This document shows positions 10,451 through 20,100 of a stretch of 64,000 nt of DNA, in pieces. Numbering within the stretch: position 1 is the stretch's first letter; each line of letters begins with the position of its first letter. The notes under the pieces were generated by a model, which was not told the DNA's origin, did not search any database, and saw only the letters and a program-made list of their open reading frames with translations. Origin of the DNA: an uncultured cyanobacterium (GTDB lineage Bacteria > Cyanobacteriota > Cyanobacteriia > Cyanobacteriales > Cyanobacteriaceae); assembly GCA_963749915.1 (NCBI GenBank), contig CAVVOP010000008.1, forward strand, positions 512,001 to 576,000. The letters run 5' to 3'. Both the position numbers and the translations under genes were made by a program.

Positions 10451-12313
10451 TTAGGAATTTTTAACAAGAGTATTACTGACAAAAATTAAGTGGCGAGGAA
10501 GTCCTACCACAATATCAGATTTCTCAAATGCTTTTTTCAAACGACGCCGGTACTCACGAGCTACAGCCCATTGCTCTAAGGGTTTAGTTTTAAGTAAAAT
10601 GCGAATATTTACTCCTGTATGATCTAGGCGTTCTACTCCTAACATTCGAGGAGAACCTAGCAGCCTATCCTGCCAGAGAGGATCTTCATAAATCTGTTCA
10701 GCTACTTGTTCCATGACGGACATGGCGACTTCTATATCAGTATCGTAGCTGACATCAATGGCAAACTTAACCTGGGACCAGCGACTAGACATATTACGAA
10801 CCCTACTAATAGTTCCGTTAGGAATAGTAATCAGTTCACCTTCTAGGTTGCGCAATTGAGTCATTTGTAAACTTAGATTCTCTACCGAACCCTCGAGATC
10901 TTCAATAGCAATCCAATCCCCTACTGCATACCAATCTTGCCACAGGATGAGGAAACCATTAATTATGTCCTTGATAAAGTTCTGAGCCCCAAGGGAAATT
11001 CCCAAACCAATGACACCAAGAATAACCGTTACCGTATTGGGGAGGGCACCTAACTGACGCAAAATAAAAATTCCTAGAAAAAAATAAGTCAGTAATGTTA
11101 CCAAGCCTTTAAAAGCGGAGGCTAAGGTAGGACCTCGTAGTTGATAGCGTGTAAGAGAAGGAGATTGAGAGGCTTTCCCTTCTAACCATAGTCTAAATAA
11201 AGAGTCAATCAGAATATAACTTCCTTGATTGAATAACCTGAGACCCAGAAAAAGCAATAAAAGCATTAGCGGAACTCCTAAGGTAGCTCTTTGTCCCCAA
11301 TGAGTTAGCCAATCGAGAGGGGCAAAACCATCCCATCCAGTCACTCCTAAAAGCCAGTTGCTGAAGGGACGACTTTGGAAAAAGAGGCTACAGATATAAC
11401 CAAGACCAATAACCCACAACAAGATTTGCCCTCCCAGTAAGATGACTCTCAAGAAGCCATTAATACTATATTTTTGTCGATAGGAGAGTTTTTCGAGTCG
11501 AGCAGTAATTATATCCAAAGCTAACTCTATCGGTTTGGATTTCATCCCTAGGTCAAATTGATTATCATCAATGACTTGACCGAAATTGTTGGGAGTAGAA
11601 ATAAGAGCTTGCAGTTCTCTCATTCTGGCATGGAGGTATTTCTGACCCCAGAAGAAGCTTAAACTCAGTATTATCATGGCCAAGAAAATTTTGAGGGCGA
11701 GTTGGGCCTGACTCCATAAATAATCACTTTGGCGTTCTTTCCAGGCTCTAAGTAACAGTTCTCGACCATATTTGACTGAAGCGTTAGCAAATTTATCTTC
11801 GGACAGTCCGGCTTTTTGAGCATCGGCTTTAGTGACACTAAAAACTGTCTCTGGGGGTGCGTCTCGGGGAAAAGCAATTAAAATAATGAAGGTATCCTGG
11901 GACTTGGACGCAGTTATCTCTAATTGTTCGGCAACTATTTTTTCTAGTTCTTCCGGTTGGGATCTGCCCTGATTCAATTGATAATTTTTACTATACTGAC
12001 TCATCTGTTGGAGAATGCCCTGAAGTTTACGACGAATCAATTCCGCACGAGAAGCCGCATCAGGGATGTTGGGTTCAAGTCCAATTTTTGAGGAGACAAA
12101 GCCTACCACTTTGCCGTCAATAAAAACTGGGGCTAAGTGTAAATTGCCTTCCGTAAAGGTAGGTACATTGAGGAGAAAACTGTCATGGTTACGAGATACA
12201 CTAATGCCAGGCAGAAGCTCTTGGGCTGTTAGATTTGAAGCCCCGATAACAAAGAAAATGAGGGCTAGCAGCCCACTGAAAACACGGGAGACCAAAAAAG
12301 TATTGCGATACAC
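10451..12313 (-). CDS. MscS-family mechanosensitive channel with large N-terminal exported domain
   Basis: GISLGAQNFIKDIINGF, VGDWI, GSVENLSL, TIPNG and AREYRRRLK motifs; N-terminal signal peptide. Confidence 0.92.
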   Translation of the reverse strand: MYRNTFLVSRVFSGLLALIFFVIGASNLTAQELLPGISVSRNHDSFLLNVPTFTEGNLHLAPVFIDGKVVGFVSSKIGLEPNIPDAASRAELIRRKLQGILQQMSQYSKNYQLNQGRSQPEELEKIVAEQLEITASKSQDTFIILIAFPRDAPPETVFSVTKADAQKAGLSEDKFANASVKYGRELLLRAWKERQSDYLWSQAQLALKIFLAMIILSLSFFWGQKYLHARMRELQALISTPNNFGQVIDDNQFDLGMKSKPIELALDIITARLEKLSYRQKYSINGFLRVILLGGQILLWVIGLGYICSLFFQSRPFSNWLLGVTGWDGFAPLDWLTHWGQRATLGVPLMLLLLFLGLRLFNQGSYILIDSLFRLWLEGKASQSPSLTRYQLRGPTLASAFKGLVTLLTYFFLGIFILRQLGALPNTVTVILGVIGLGISLGAQNFIKDIINGFLILWQDWYAVGDWIAIEDLEGSVENLSLQMTQLRNLEGELITIPNGTISRVRNMSSRWSQVKFAIDVSYDTDIEVAMSVMEQVAEQIYEDPLWQDRLLGSPRMLGVERLDHTGVNIRILLKTKPLEQWAVAREYRRRLKKAFEKSDIVVGLPRHLIFVSNTLVKNS

Positions 12314-12442
12314 TACTAAAATTTGCTAATTGAGCAAAATTCTGCAATAGTCCAAAAAATAGGAGAATAGAAGATCATATTGTAAGAAATTATAACTCCT
12401 CCGAACTCCAAACCAATTATTAATTGTTAATTGTTAATTGAT

Positions 12443-13219
12443 TTAATACTCTTTTTTTAATTGTTGGCGTAACTGTTCTAATTCATCATCAACAACACTA
12501 GAAGAAGGGCTGGAGGTGGGAATATCAACACTAGGAGGGAGGGAGGTAGTCGCTTGAGGTGTACCTGATAATTGTGCTTTTAACATGGCTAATTCATCGT
12601 CAACAGCAGTGCCTCCTTCTAGTTGAGCCCATTTAGAATCTTCTCCCATTCCGGCTAATTCCCCAGCAGACTGTGAAACGGCTTCCATTTGCAAAACTTT
12701 GTCTTCCATACGCTCGAAAGCAGACATTGCTGAGCTAGTATTGATATTACTAATAGTATTCTGCAATTGTTGATTGGCTTTGGCGGCACTAAGACGGGCT
12801 TTAAGCATATCTTTCTTGGTTTTAGCCTCAGAAATTTTACTTTCCAAAGCGGTGAGATTGCGACGTAAAGAATCGATTTGTCCCACTTGTCCATCTAATT
12901 GAGTTTTTAAAGCAGAGGCAGTCTCGGCATTGGTTTTTTTTCGCACTAGGGCCTCTCTGGCTAAACTTTCTTCTCCCTTACTTAAAGCTAATTGAGCCCT
13001 TTGTTGCCATGTATTAGCTTCAGAAAGATTTTTTTGATATTGTTGTTCTGTGCGTTTTTGAGCGGCTATGGCCTGTGCTACGGCTTGACGCATTTTTATT
13101 AGATCATCACCCATTTCCCGAATACTTTGTTCCAGAACTTTTTCGGGATCTTCGGACTTATCAATTATATCATTAACATTTGCTCGTACTACTCTACTGA
13201 TGCGATCAAAAATTCCCAT
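12443..13219 (-). CDS. vipp1: PspA/IM30-family protein Vipp1
   Basis: MGIFDRISRVVRAN...EDPEKVLEQ, AFERMEDKV and the Vipp1-type extra C-terminal helix VDDELEQLRQQL. Confidence 0.9.
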   Translation of the reverse strand: MGIFDRISRVVRANVNDIIDKSEDPEKVLEQSIREMGDDLIKMRQAVAQAIAAQKRTEQQYQKNLSEANTWQQRAQLALSKGEESLAREALVRKKTNAETASALKTQLDGQVGQIDSLRRNLTALESKISEAKTKKDMLKARLSAAKANQQLQNTISNINTSSAMSAFERMEDKVLQMEAVSQSAGELAGMGEDSKWAQLEGGTAVDDELAMLKAQLSGTPQATTSLPPSVDIPTSSPSSSVVDDELEQLRQQLKKEY

Positions 13220-13657
13220 AATGATTTCAACCTTTTGTTCTACTTCTATCTTTATATTACTTTATCACTTTTGACTTTATTCTATTTTAAATCATCATTT
13301 TATCATCTCAATCATTCGAGCTTTTGCCCATAATTAAAAAACTGTCAATAATCGATGGTCACTTTGTTACAAATCTTGATAATAAATGCACTCTTCTCAT
13401 TGTATAAATAGATCTGAACTAGGGGAAGCATCCCTACATTTAAAATTAACCTTAAATTAACTCATCAATTATTGCTAAATAATCGGCCAAAATCCCTGTT
13501 TAGTAAATGTTTGAAGAGTTTATAAGTACAAATGCTTAAAAGTAAAAGATCAATGATTAAACTGTTCTGACCACCGTTTGTCATTGTGTAGCTTATTAAG
13601 TTTTGTTAAGAAAATTAAAACCAAAAAATTAACACACTCATAAAAGGAGACTAATAA

Positions 13658-14527
13658 ATGTCTTTACAACAAAGCGCTAATTTGGGTATTAGCTTTTTTG
13701 AAGAAGCCAACATTATTGAAAGAAAACCCCATGATTCCGACGAAACAATTACACAGATTATTAATGCTGTTTATCGTCAAGTGGTGGGCAATTCCTACAT
13801 TATGGGTAGCGAAAGAGTTGTTAACGCTGAATCTCGCTTCAGAAATGGACAGTTAACCGTTCGTGAACTTGTACGGGAGATCGCCAATTCTGATTTATAC
13901 CGTCAACGCTTTTTTGAACCTTGTCCCCGTTATCGTTTTACTGAACTCAATTTCAAACACTTTTTAGGTCGTACCCCCGAAAATCAGGAGGAGATGAGAT
14001 ACCATAGCGATATCTTGGACACTCTTGGTTATCAAGCTGATATTAATGCTTATATCGATAGCGAAGAATATACCGAAGCCTACGGAGATAATATTGTACC
14101 TTTTTATCGCGGTTATAAAACCAATAATAATCGTACGATGGTAGAATTTACTCATATGTTTGCTATGCTCAGAGGTGCGGCGAGTAGCGATGTCGGCAAA
14201 CGTTTACAATCTCCTGTAATTCATAAGAGCGTCTTAACTCAAACTCCCCTTGCGGTAATTCCCCCTTCTGGTGGTGCGTCAGGCAATGGCTGGGCATTCC
14301 AAGACACTCCTTTGACATCTGCCACCCGTCAAGGTGTAGGGGCTAGTGATGACGGTAAAATTTATAAGGTGGAAGTTACCGGCTATCGTGCGAAGGTGTA
14401 TAATTCTTTTCCAAAATATCGTCGCCCGAATAAAGTTTACATGGTTCCTTTCAATAAGTTATTTGAGCTTTATGTAACTTTACACAAACAGGGTGCAAGT
14501 GTAGCTAGTGTAACCCCCGTTAACTAA
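13658..14527 (+). CDS. cpeC: Phycoerythrin-associated rod linker polypeptide CpeC
   Basis: Linker domain (YRQVVGNSYIM, ELNFKHFLGR, VPFYRGYKT) plus C-terminal CpcD-like domain KIYKVEVTGYRAK; AAGGAG RBS. Confidence 0.88.
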   Translation: MSLQQSANLGISFFEEANIIERKPHDSDETITQIINAVYRQVVGNSYIMGSERVVNAESRFRNGQLTVRELVREIANSDLYRQRFFEPCPRYRFTELNFKHFLGRTPENQEEMRYHSDILDTLGYQADINAYIDSEEYTEAYGDNIVPFYRGYKTNNNRTMVEFTHMFAMLRGAASSDVGKRLQSPVIHKSVLTQTPLAVIPPSGGASGNGWAFQDTPLTSATRQGVGASDDGKIYKVEVTGYRAKVYNSFPKYRRPNKVYMVPFNKLFELYVTLHKQGASVASVTPVN

Positions 14528-14581
14528 AATGAACTGAAGAGAAGCGAACTTCTCTAAAGATAAGTAACTGAATATTGATGA

Positions 14582-14679
14582 AGTAATGGAAGTGGTTGAG
14601 TTGTCGGCAAAAAGATTATTGAGCCTGATCTTAAATAGTCATTAACTTTGACCTAAAATTACTCACTGCTTCTGTTACT
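14582..14679 (+). other. Intercistronic RNA stem-loop between cpeC and cpeR
   Basis: 14582-14601 pairs with 14661-14679 (19 bp, 4 G-U pairs, 1 bulge), with an inner hairpin gattattgag...cttaaatagtc. Confidence 0.6.
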
Positions 14680-14772
14680 CCTCCCTCAATGGTATTCCAC
14701 CAGTGGGAGTTAGTATTTAAACTCTAAATATGTAATCCTAACGCAAATGACTCGAAGTTGTTACTGATTGTC

Positions 14773-15102
14773 ATGAGTAATCGCACCCTAACGGTAAAAA
14801 TAACCCCAACTTTAGCCACCAAAAAACTACAAATTTGGATTAAAAGTCGGCATTTAATTTGCTCAGGAAATTTTTTTGTGTTGGAAACGGTAGAATACTC
14901 GATGATTGAGCGTTTTGAGGAGTATATTACCATATTAGGTGGCAGTTTAATTTCCGTTGAATCCGTCAAAAAACTATCTATGGGAAATCATCGTCAAGTC
15001 ATTCTCTACCAAGCTAAAGCTAGTTTACACACTCCTCATCATCAACTCAAAGAGTATTGGCAAAGATACGGTGCTATTTGTAGTAAATTTGACAAAAGAT
15101 AA
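14773..15102 (+). CDS. cpeR: CpeR-family phycoerythrin regulator
   Basis: WIKSRHLICSGNFFV and HRQVILYQAKASLHTPHH are CpeR signatures; lies downstream of cpeC. ATG at 14773 chosen as start. Confidence 0.88.
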   Translation: MSNRTLTVKITPTLATKKLQIWIKSRHLICSGNFFVLETVEYSMIERFEEYITILGGSLISVESVKKLSMGNHRQVILYQAKASLHTPHHQLKEYWQRYGAICSKFDKR

Positions 15103-15147
15103 TCTTCACTTTGGATAAAGTTCATTGATAATCTCAACAAATAAAGT

Positions 15148-16017
15148 ATGGGTAAAAGGGCTTTATTATTGATCAATCGTCATTCTCGCAAGGGAGAAAA
15201 ATCATTACCTTCCGCCGTAGAATTTTTTTATGCCCACGATATGGAATTAATTATTAAACCCGTTAAACATGCCGACGAATTAGGTGCGGTAGTCAGAGAA
15301 CACCAAAATCATTTGGATTTAGTAATTGTCGGCGGTGGTGATGGTACTCTCAATGCGGTGGTTGATAGTTTAGTCGAGGCTAATTTACCTTTGGGTATTT
15401 TACCATTGGGTACGGCAAACGATCTCGCGCGGACTTTAAATCTTCCTTTAACCATGAAAGGGGCTTGTGATGTCATTGCTAAGGGTAACTTAAAATCCAT
15501 TGACTTAGGAAGGGTGAATGGCAAATATTTTTTTAATGTCGCTAGTATCGGTTTAAGTGTTGATATTACGGAAAAATTATCCCGTGGCATGAAGCGTCGT
15601 TGGGGGATTTTGGCCTATGGTATCACCGCTTTACAAGTTATTAGCTCTACTAGGCGTTTTCGGGCTACCATAAAAGTGGACGATCACGTTTTTCATGTGA
15701 AAACCATTCAAATTGCGGTCGGTAACGGTAGATATTACGGAGGAGGGCTGGCGATCGCCGAATCTGCCGCTATTGATGATCAAAAATTAGATTTATATAG
15801 CATAGAATTAAAACACTGGTGGCAGATTTTTCCGCTGATTTGGCGTTTACCAAAAGGACATCATCATCAGTTGGATTGGGTTAGAAGTATTGAAGGAAAG
15901 GAAATCGAAATTTACACCCACAAATCCTATAACATTAATACTGACGGTGAAATAACAACTATTTCTCCGGCTAAATTTCAAGTTATTCCCCATGGGTTAA
16001 AAGTATTTGTGCCATAA
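15148..16017 (+). CDS. YegS/DgkB-like lipid kinase
   Basis: GGGDGT, LPLGTANDLAR, GNGRYYGGG and DGE motifs. Confidence 0.92.
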   Translation: MGKRALLLINRHSRKGEKSLPSAVEFFYAHDMELIIKPVKHADELGAVVREHQNHLDLVIVGGGDGTLNAVVDSLVEANLPLGILPLGTANDLARTLNLPLTMKGACDVIAKGNLKSIDLGRVNGKYFFNVASIGLSVDITEKLSRGMKRRWGILAYGITALQVISSTRRFRATIKVDDHVFHVKTIQIAVGNGRYYGGGLAIAESAAIDDQKLDLYSIELKHWWQIFPLIWRLPKGHHHQLDWVRSIEGKEIEIYTHKSYNINTDGEITTISPAKFQVIPHGLKVFVP

Positions 16018-16084
16018 ATAACTGACAATTCTATCCCTTATGGTTGTCTGTTGGAAGCTTTTCCCATAAAGATTTTAACCATTA

Positions 16085-17104
16085 TTAGAATTGAGACAAA
16101 TCCCAAATTTTGACTATTTTATCTTCAGCACCACTATAAAGAGTTTTACCATCGGGACTAAAAGCAATAGATTGAACCCATCCTTTATGTCCTTCCAATT
16201 TAACTAATTCTTTACCGTTAGCAAGATCTATAATTGTGATTTTTCCATCTCTGTTGGCAGTGGCGACCAAACGGTTAGCAGAAGAAACCGCTACTTGATT
16301 CAGTTCTAATTGGGATGCTTTCACACTAAACTTTTCTTTGTTGGTACTTAGATCCCAAACTTTGACAAAATTTCTCACAGCACCTACTAATTCTTTGCCA
16401 TCAGGTGTAAAAGCAAGACTATTGATAAAACCAGGTTGTTGTGGTGAGGTATTTAGTAATTGAAAGTTTTCTCCATCCCAAAATTTAATGGTGCGATCTG
16501 TTCCAATTGCCCCGGTAACAAAGAATTTCCCATCGGGATTAAATGCTACCGTTGTTACAGGCCCAATATCTTCACCAATTTCTTGAATAGGGCTTCCGTT
16601 CTCTAAATCCCAAATCTTAATTGTCCAATCTTCACCACTAACACTCACTAGGATGCGATTATCAGGGCTAATCGCTAAATCACTTATATTGCCAGTATGT
16701 TTACTTAAAGTTTTAACTCTTTCTCCGGTTTCAGTATTAAAAATAATAACTTGCTGTTTACTCGCAACTGCAAATAGTTTTCCATCAGAACTAAAGGCAA
16801 TGCCAGAATAAGGATTAGCCCTCAAAGGTTCTGAATATTTTTGTTCTAAAGTTTGTAAATCTATGTTCGTAACTCTACCGTCATTTGAAGCCACTATCAA
16901 AGTTTGCCCATCTGGGCTAACTTTCAAACTCACAATCACCCCGTTGAATCCCTTGATATCTTGTACTTTAATCGGTAGGAGTGACTGGGCGATTATACTT
17001 CCTCGAGTGTCCTGTGCCAAAGTATTCAATAAATGCAAGGGATCGGTAAATATTCCGATTAAGGCAGTACCAGTTAATATCGTAATGATAGTTTTATTAA
17101 ACAT
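16085..17104 (-). CDS. Exported WD40-repeat protein
   Basis: Repeated FSPDG...IKIWD units; hydrophobic N-terminus. Confidence 0.9.
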   Translation of the reverse strand: MFNKTIITILTGTALIGIFTDPLHLLNTLAQDTRGSIIAQSLLPIKVQDIKGFNGVIVSLKVSPDGQTLIVASNDGRVTNIDLQTLEQKYSEPLRANPYSGIAFSSDGKLFAVASKQQVIIFNTETGERVKTLSKHTGNISDLAISPDNRILVSVSGEDWTIKIWDLENGSPIQEIGEDIGPVTTVAFNPDGKFFVTGAIGTDRTIKFWDGENFQLLNTSPQQPGFINSLAFTPDGKELVGAVRNFVKVWDLSTNKEKFSVKASQLELNQVAVSSANRLVATANRDGKITIIDLANGKELVKLEGHKGWVQSIAFSPDGKTLYSGAEDKIVKIWDLSQF

Positions 17105-17180
17105 TTTTCTCTCTTAATATTGGAGTTTATTGTCCAATTTTACAGGCGATCGCTCAATAAGACAACAATGTTTAGAATGT

Positions 17181-20100
17181 TTAAACTAACTCAGACTTCG
17201 TGACATTTCCTTTTTGTCGGATATTATTTCTTTTTGTCCATCGAGAAATCCAATGGATGAACGGTGAGTTAATAGTCGGACAACTAATACCACTGCTGTC
17301 TAATCCCACGGTAGTATTGTGACAATCAAATATTTTGCTACCTACTAACCATATTTCTAAACGGGTTAAATACGACTCGCCAATGGATTCGGTCAGGACT
17401 GGAGCAAGGGTGTTCAAAGCATTCTGGTGGTTCCTGAGAATCGTTTTTTTCCACTCCTCATAGCTAACCTGCTTAATGGAATTGGAATGCCCAAAAGAGT
17501 TGAGCAGAGCGACAATGTTATCGAGAGGCATAGGTTGAGGATTGACTAAGTGAAAAGCCTTGCCGAGGGAGACTGGTTGACGAGAGAGATAGACGATCGC
17601 CTTGCTGACGTAATCCACAGGAGTCAGATCGAGCATCACATCTAGATCGGGGGCACTTTTGAGTTCAATCAAACTTCTCAGAAAACGACACATCAAGTCT
17701 TCAGGATTAGAGATTCCCGTTTGCGAATGTCCCGTTACCATGCCAGGTCGATAAATACAAATTGGTAGTCCTTTAATACCCGCAGATGTTACCAACTGCT
17801 CTGCTACCCATTTACTTTGAGCATAGCCCCCCGTAATCCCACTTCCTTGGACAGGCAAGGCTTTCTCATGAATAATCTCTACTCCAGTAGCTACTAGGGA
17901 TTCAAAAACATCTAAGGTAGAAATATAATGCAGTGGTTTGAGTTTAGTCCTGCTCGCAAGCTCTAATGCTGATTGTGTTCCCCCAACATTAACAGCTTTT
18001 AAACTTTGATAGGGATAGAGCAAATTAGTATTTGCCCCAATGTGATAGATGACATCTATCATAGCTGCGAGTCGATTAAATTTCTCTTCTGAGAGGGCGA
18101 ATAGAGGATGGGACAAATCCCCAAGAACAGGAAAAATTCGGGACTTGGGTAGTTGAAAACCAGGCAGATATCGCTCAAATGTTCCCTGAAGTTTTTGGTG
18201 TGCCAGTTCTGGTGTTTGGGCACGGATTAAACAATATATATTAGCTTGAGTCTGTTGTAAAAGTTCAGCCAAAACAAACGCTCCAATGAATCCTGTTGTT
18301 CCCGTTAAAAAAATTGATTCTGGTTGAGTCCAACAACTGACATCAGGAGTGGGAATAGATGCTGGCAGGGTGATCTCTACATTAGCTTCAGACTGTAACT
18401 GTTCCAAGGTCATTCCCTCGCCGAAGGCGGACCGAAGGGGTTCGCTGGAACTGGGAGTATCCGAATGCCCTATTTGTTTGACCAAGCCAATGATCGTAGG
18501 ATTGCTGAAAAAATCGTTAAAGGATAAAATGTTGGGATAAATGTCCTCGATTTGCGAGAGTAACTGCATAAGGCGTAACGAATCACCACCCAATTCAAAA
18601 AAGTTATCATTGACACCAATATCATTGATCTCAAGCACTTTAGACCAAATGTCTGCAAGTTCTTGTTCTAAAGGCGTTTTTGGTGCAACAAATGGGACAT
18701 CTAAAGCGACCCTGGTAAAATAAGGTTTCGGTAAGGCACGACGATCGACCTTGCCATTGGGTGTGACGGGAAAAGCGTCTAAGAAGACAAATGCTGAAGG
18801 CAACATATAGCTAGGTAGCTGCTGCTTCAAATAGGTGCGAAGTTCCCCCGATAGATGGCGAGTAACCCTAATCTGTAGGGGATGATTGTAATAGCCAGAA
18901 GGGGATTTTGGCTCTATTTTTTGGGGCAATTGTCCTCTAAGCCCGGAAGATTGCCCTCTGGGTATGGCCGATTTGTGCTCAAACAAGACGGTGTAAGCTC
19001 CATCCTTTCGGGAACCCATCCAACTCAGGGTCACCCTATAGGGCATGTCTTGAACAAGTTGCCACAGGTCTTCAGGGTTTACACTTTGATGGAGATCGAT
19101 GTTAGCCAGACATCGCCTTAAAACTCCAGTACTGTGAGGACAATTAGGCCCATTCAGTAATTCCAAGGCTTTGACAGCCCCGAATACTCGTGCATTTGGC
19201 ACCCCAACAACCCCTAACGCAAGAGGGTTATCATCTTGAAGCCGTTGCCGCACTTTAGCAAGGGTAAGATTCTGTTCCTGCCAGTCTAACCAAGAAATCT
19301 GTACGGGGGGAGCAGGAGTAGCTCCTACTTGCAAGATTACGTCATAGCGAAATTGAGTTAGCTCATTCTGGAACTTGCCACGCTTTACTAAAACTTGCAC
19401 CTGACTAATTTGAGGCAAGGCTTGCGGCAGTGCCCAGAAGAAATCGGGAGCGATGGTCAGTTCTTCTTCCCGATGAACGCGATAATGGATCTGTTTTAAG
19501 AGTTCTTCCGTTGCTAGCTCATCCGCTGCCTGACTTAGCTCTACCGCAGTAGCGAATACTTCTAGTAGACTATAATTACGAATATCTCCGATAAAGATAA
19601 AACCACCAGGTTCGACGACCTGGATGCACTGTTCCAGCACCCTGAAAAGGTAGTTGATGCTGGGAAAATACTGAATTACTGAATTCAAAATTACAGTGTC
19701 CACGGAATGAGGTTGTATCCCCTGAAAATTATCTGCTATACGTCGCTCAAGGGTTACTTGAGGAAGATCTAGGGATGGGTCTTCTAGTTGCTGTTCCAGG
19801 TACTGTAATGCGACTTGAGAAAAGTCTGTGCCTAAATAGCTTGAGCAGTGGGGGGCGATGCGAAAGAGTATCAAACCAGTGCCGCACCCAATTTCTAGAA
19901 CTCGTTGGGGTTGTAGTTCTAAAATTCGTGGGATGGTGTTGTCAACCCATTCTTCCATCTCCACATCGCCGATAAGCTCTTTTGTATAACTGCTAATCCA
20001 GCCACTGATATTAAAGGTTTTATCCCAGTTGCTCTTAACAGTGTTTAAGCGGATATCATTATGAATAAGTCGCCATTGATTAATTTGCTCTGCATCGAAT

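Noticed and set aside
13220..13657. CcaR G-box or RcaC L-box upstream of cpeC
   Set aside because: Only weak CTTT..ATTT-like and HLR1-like matches, as expected by chance in AT-rich DNA.
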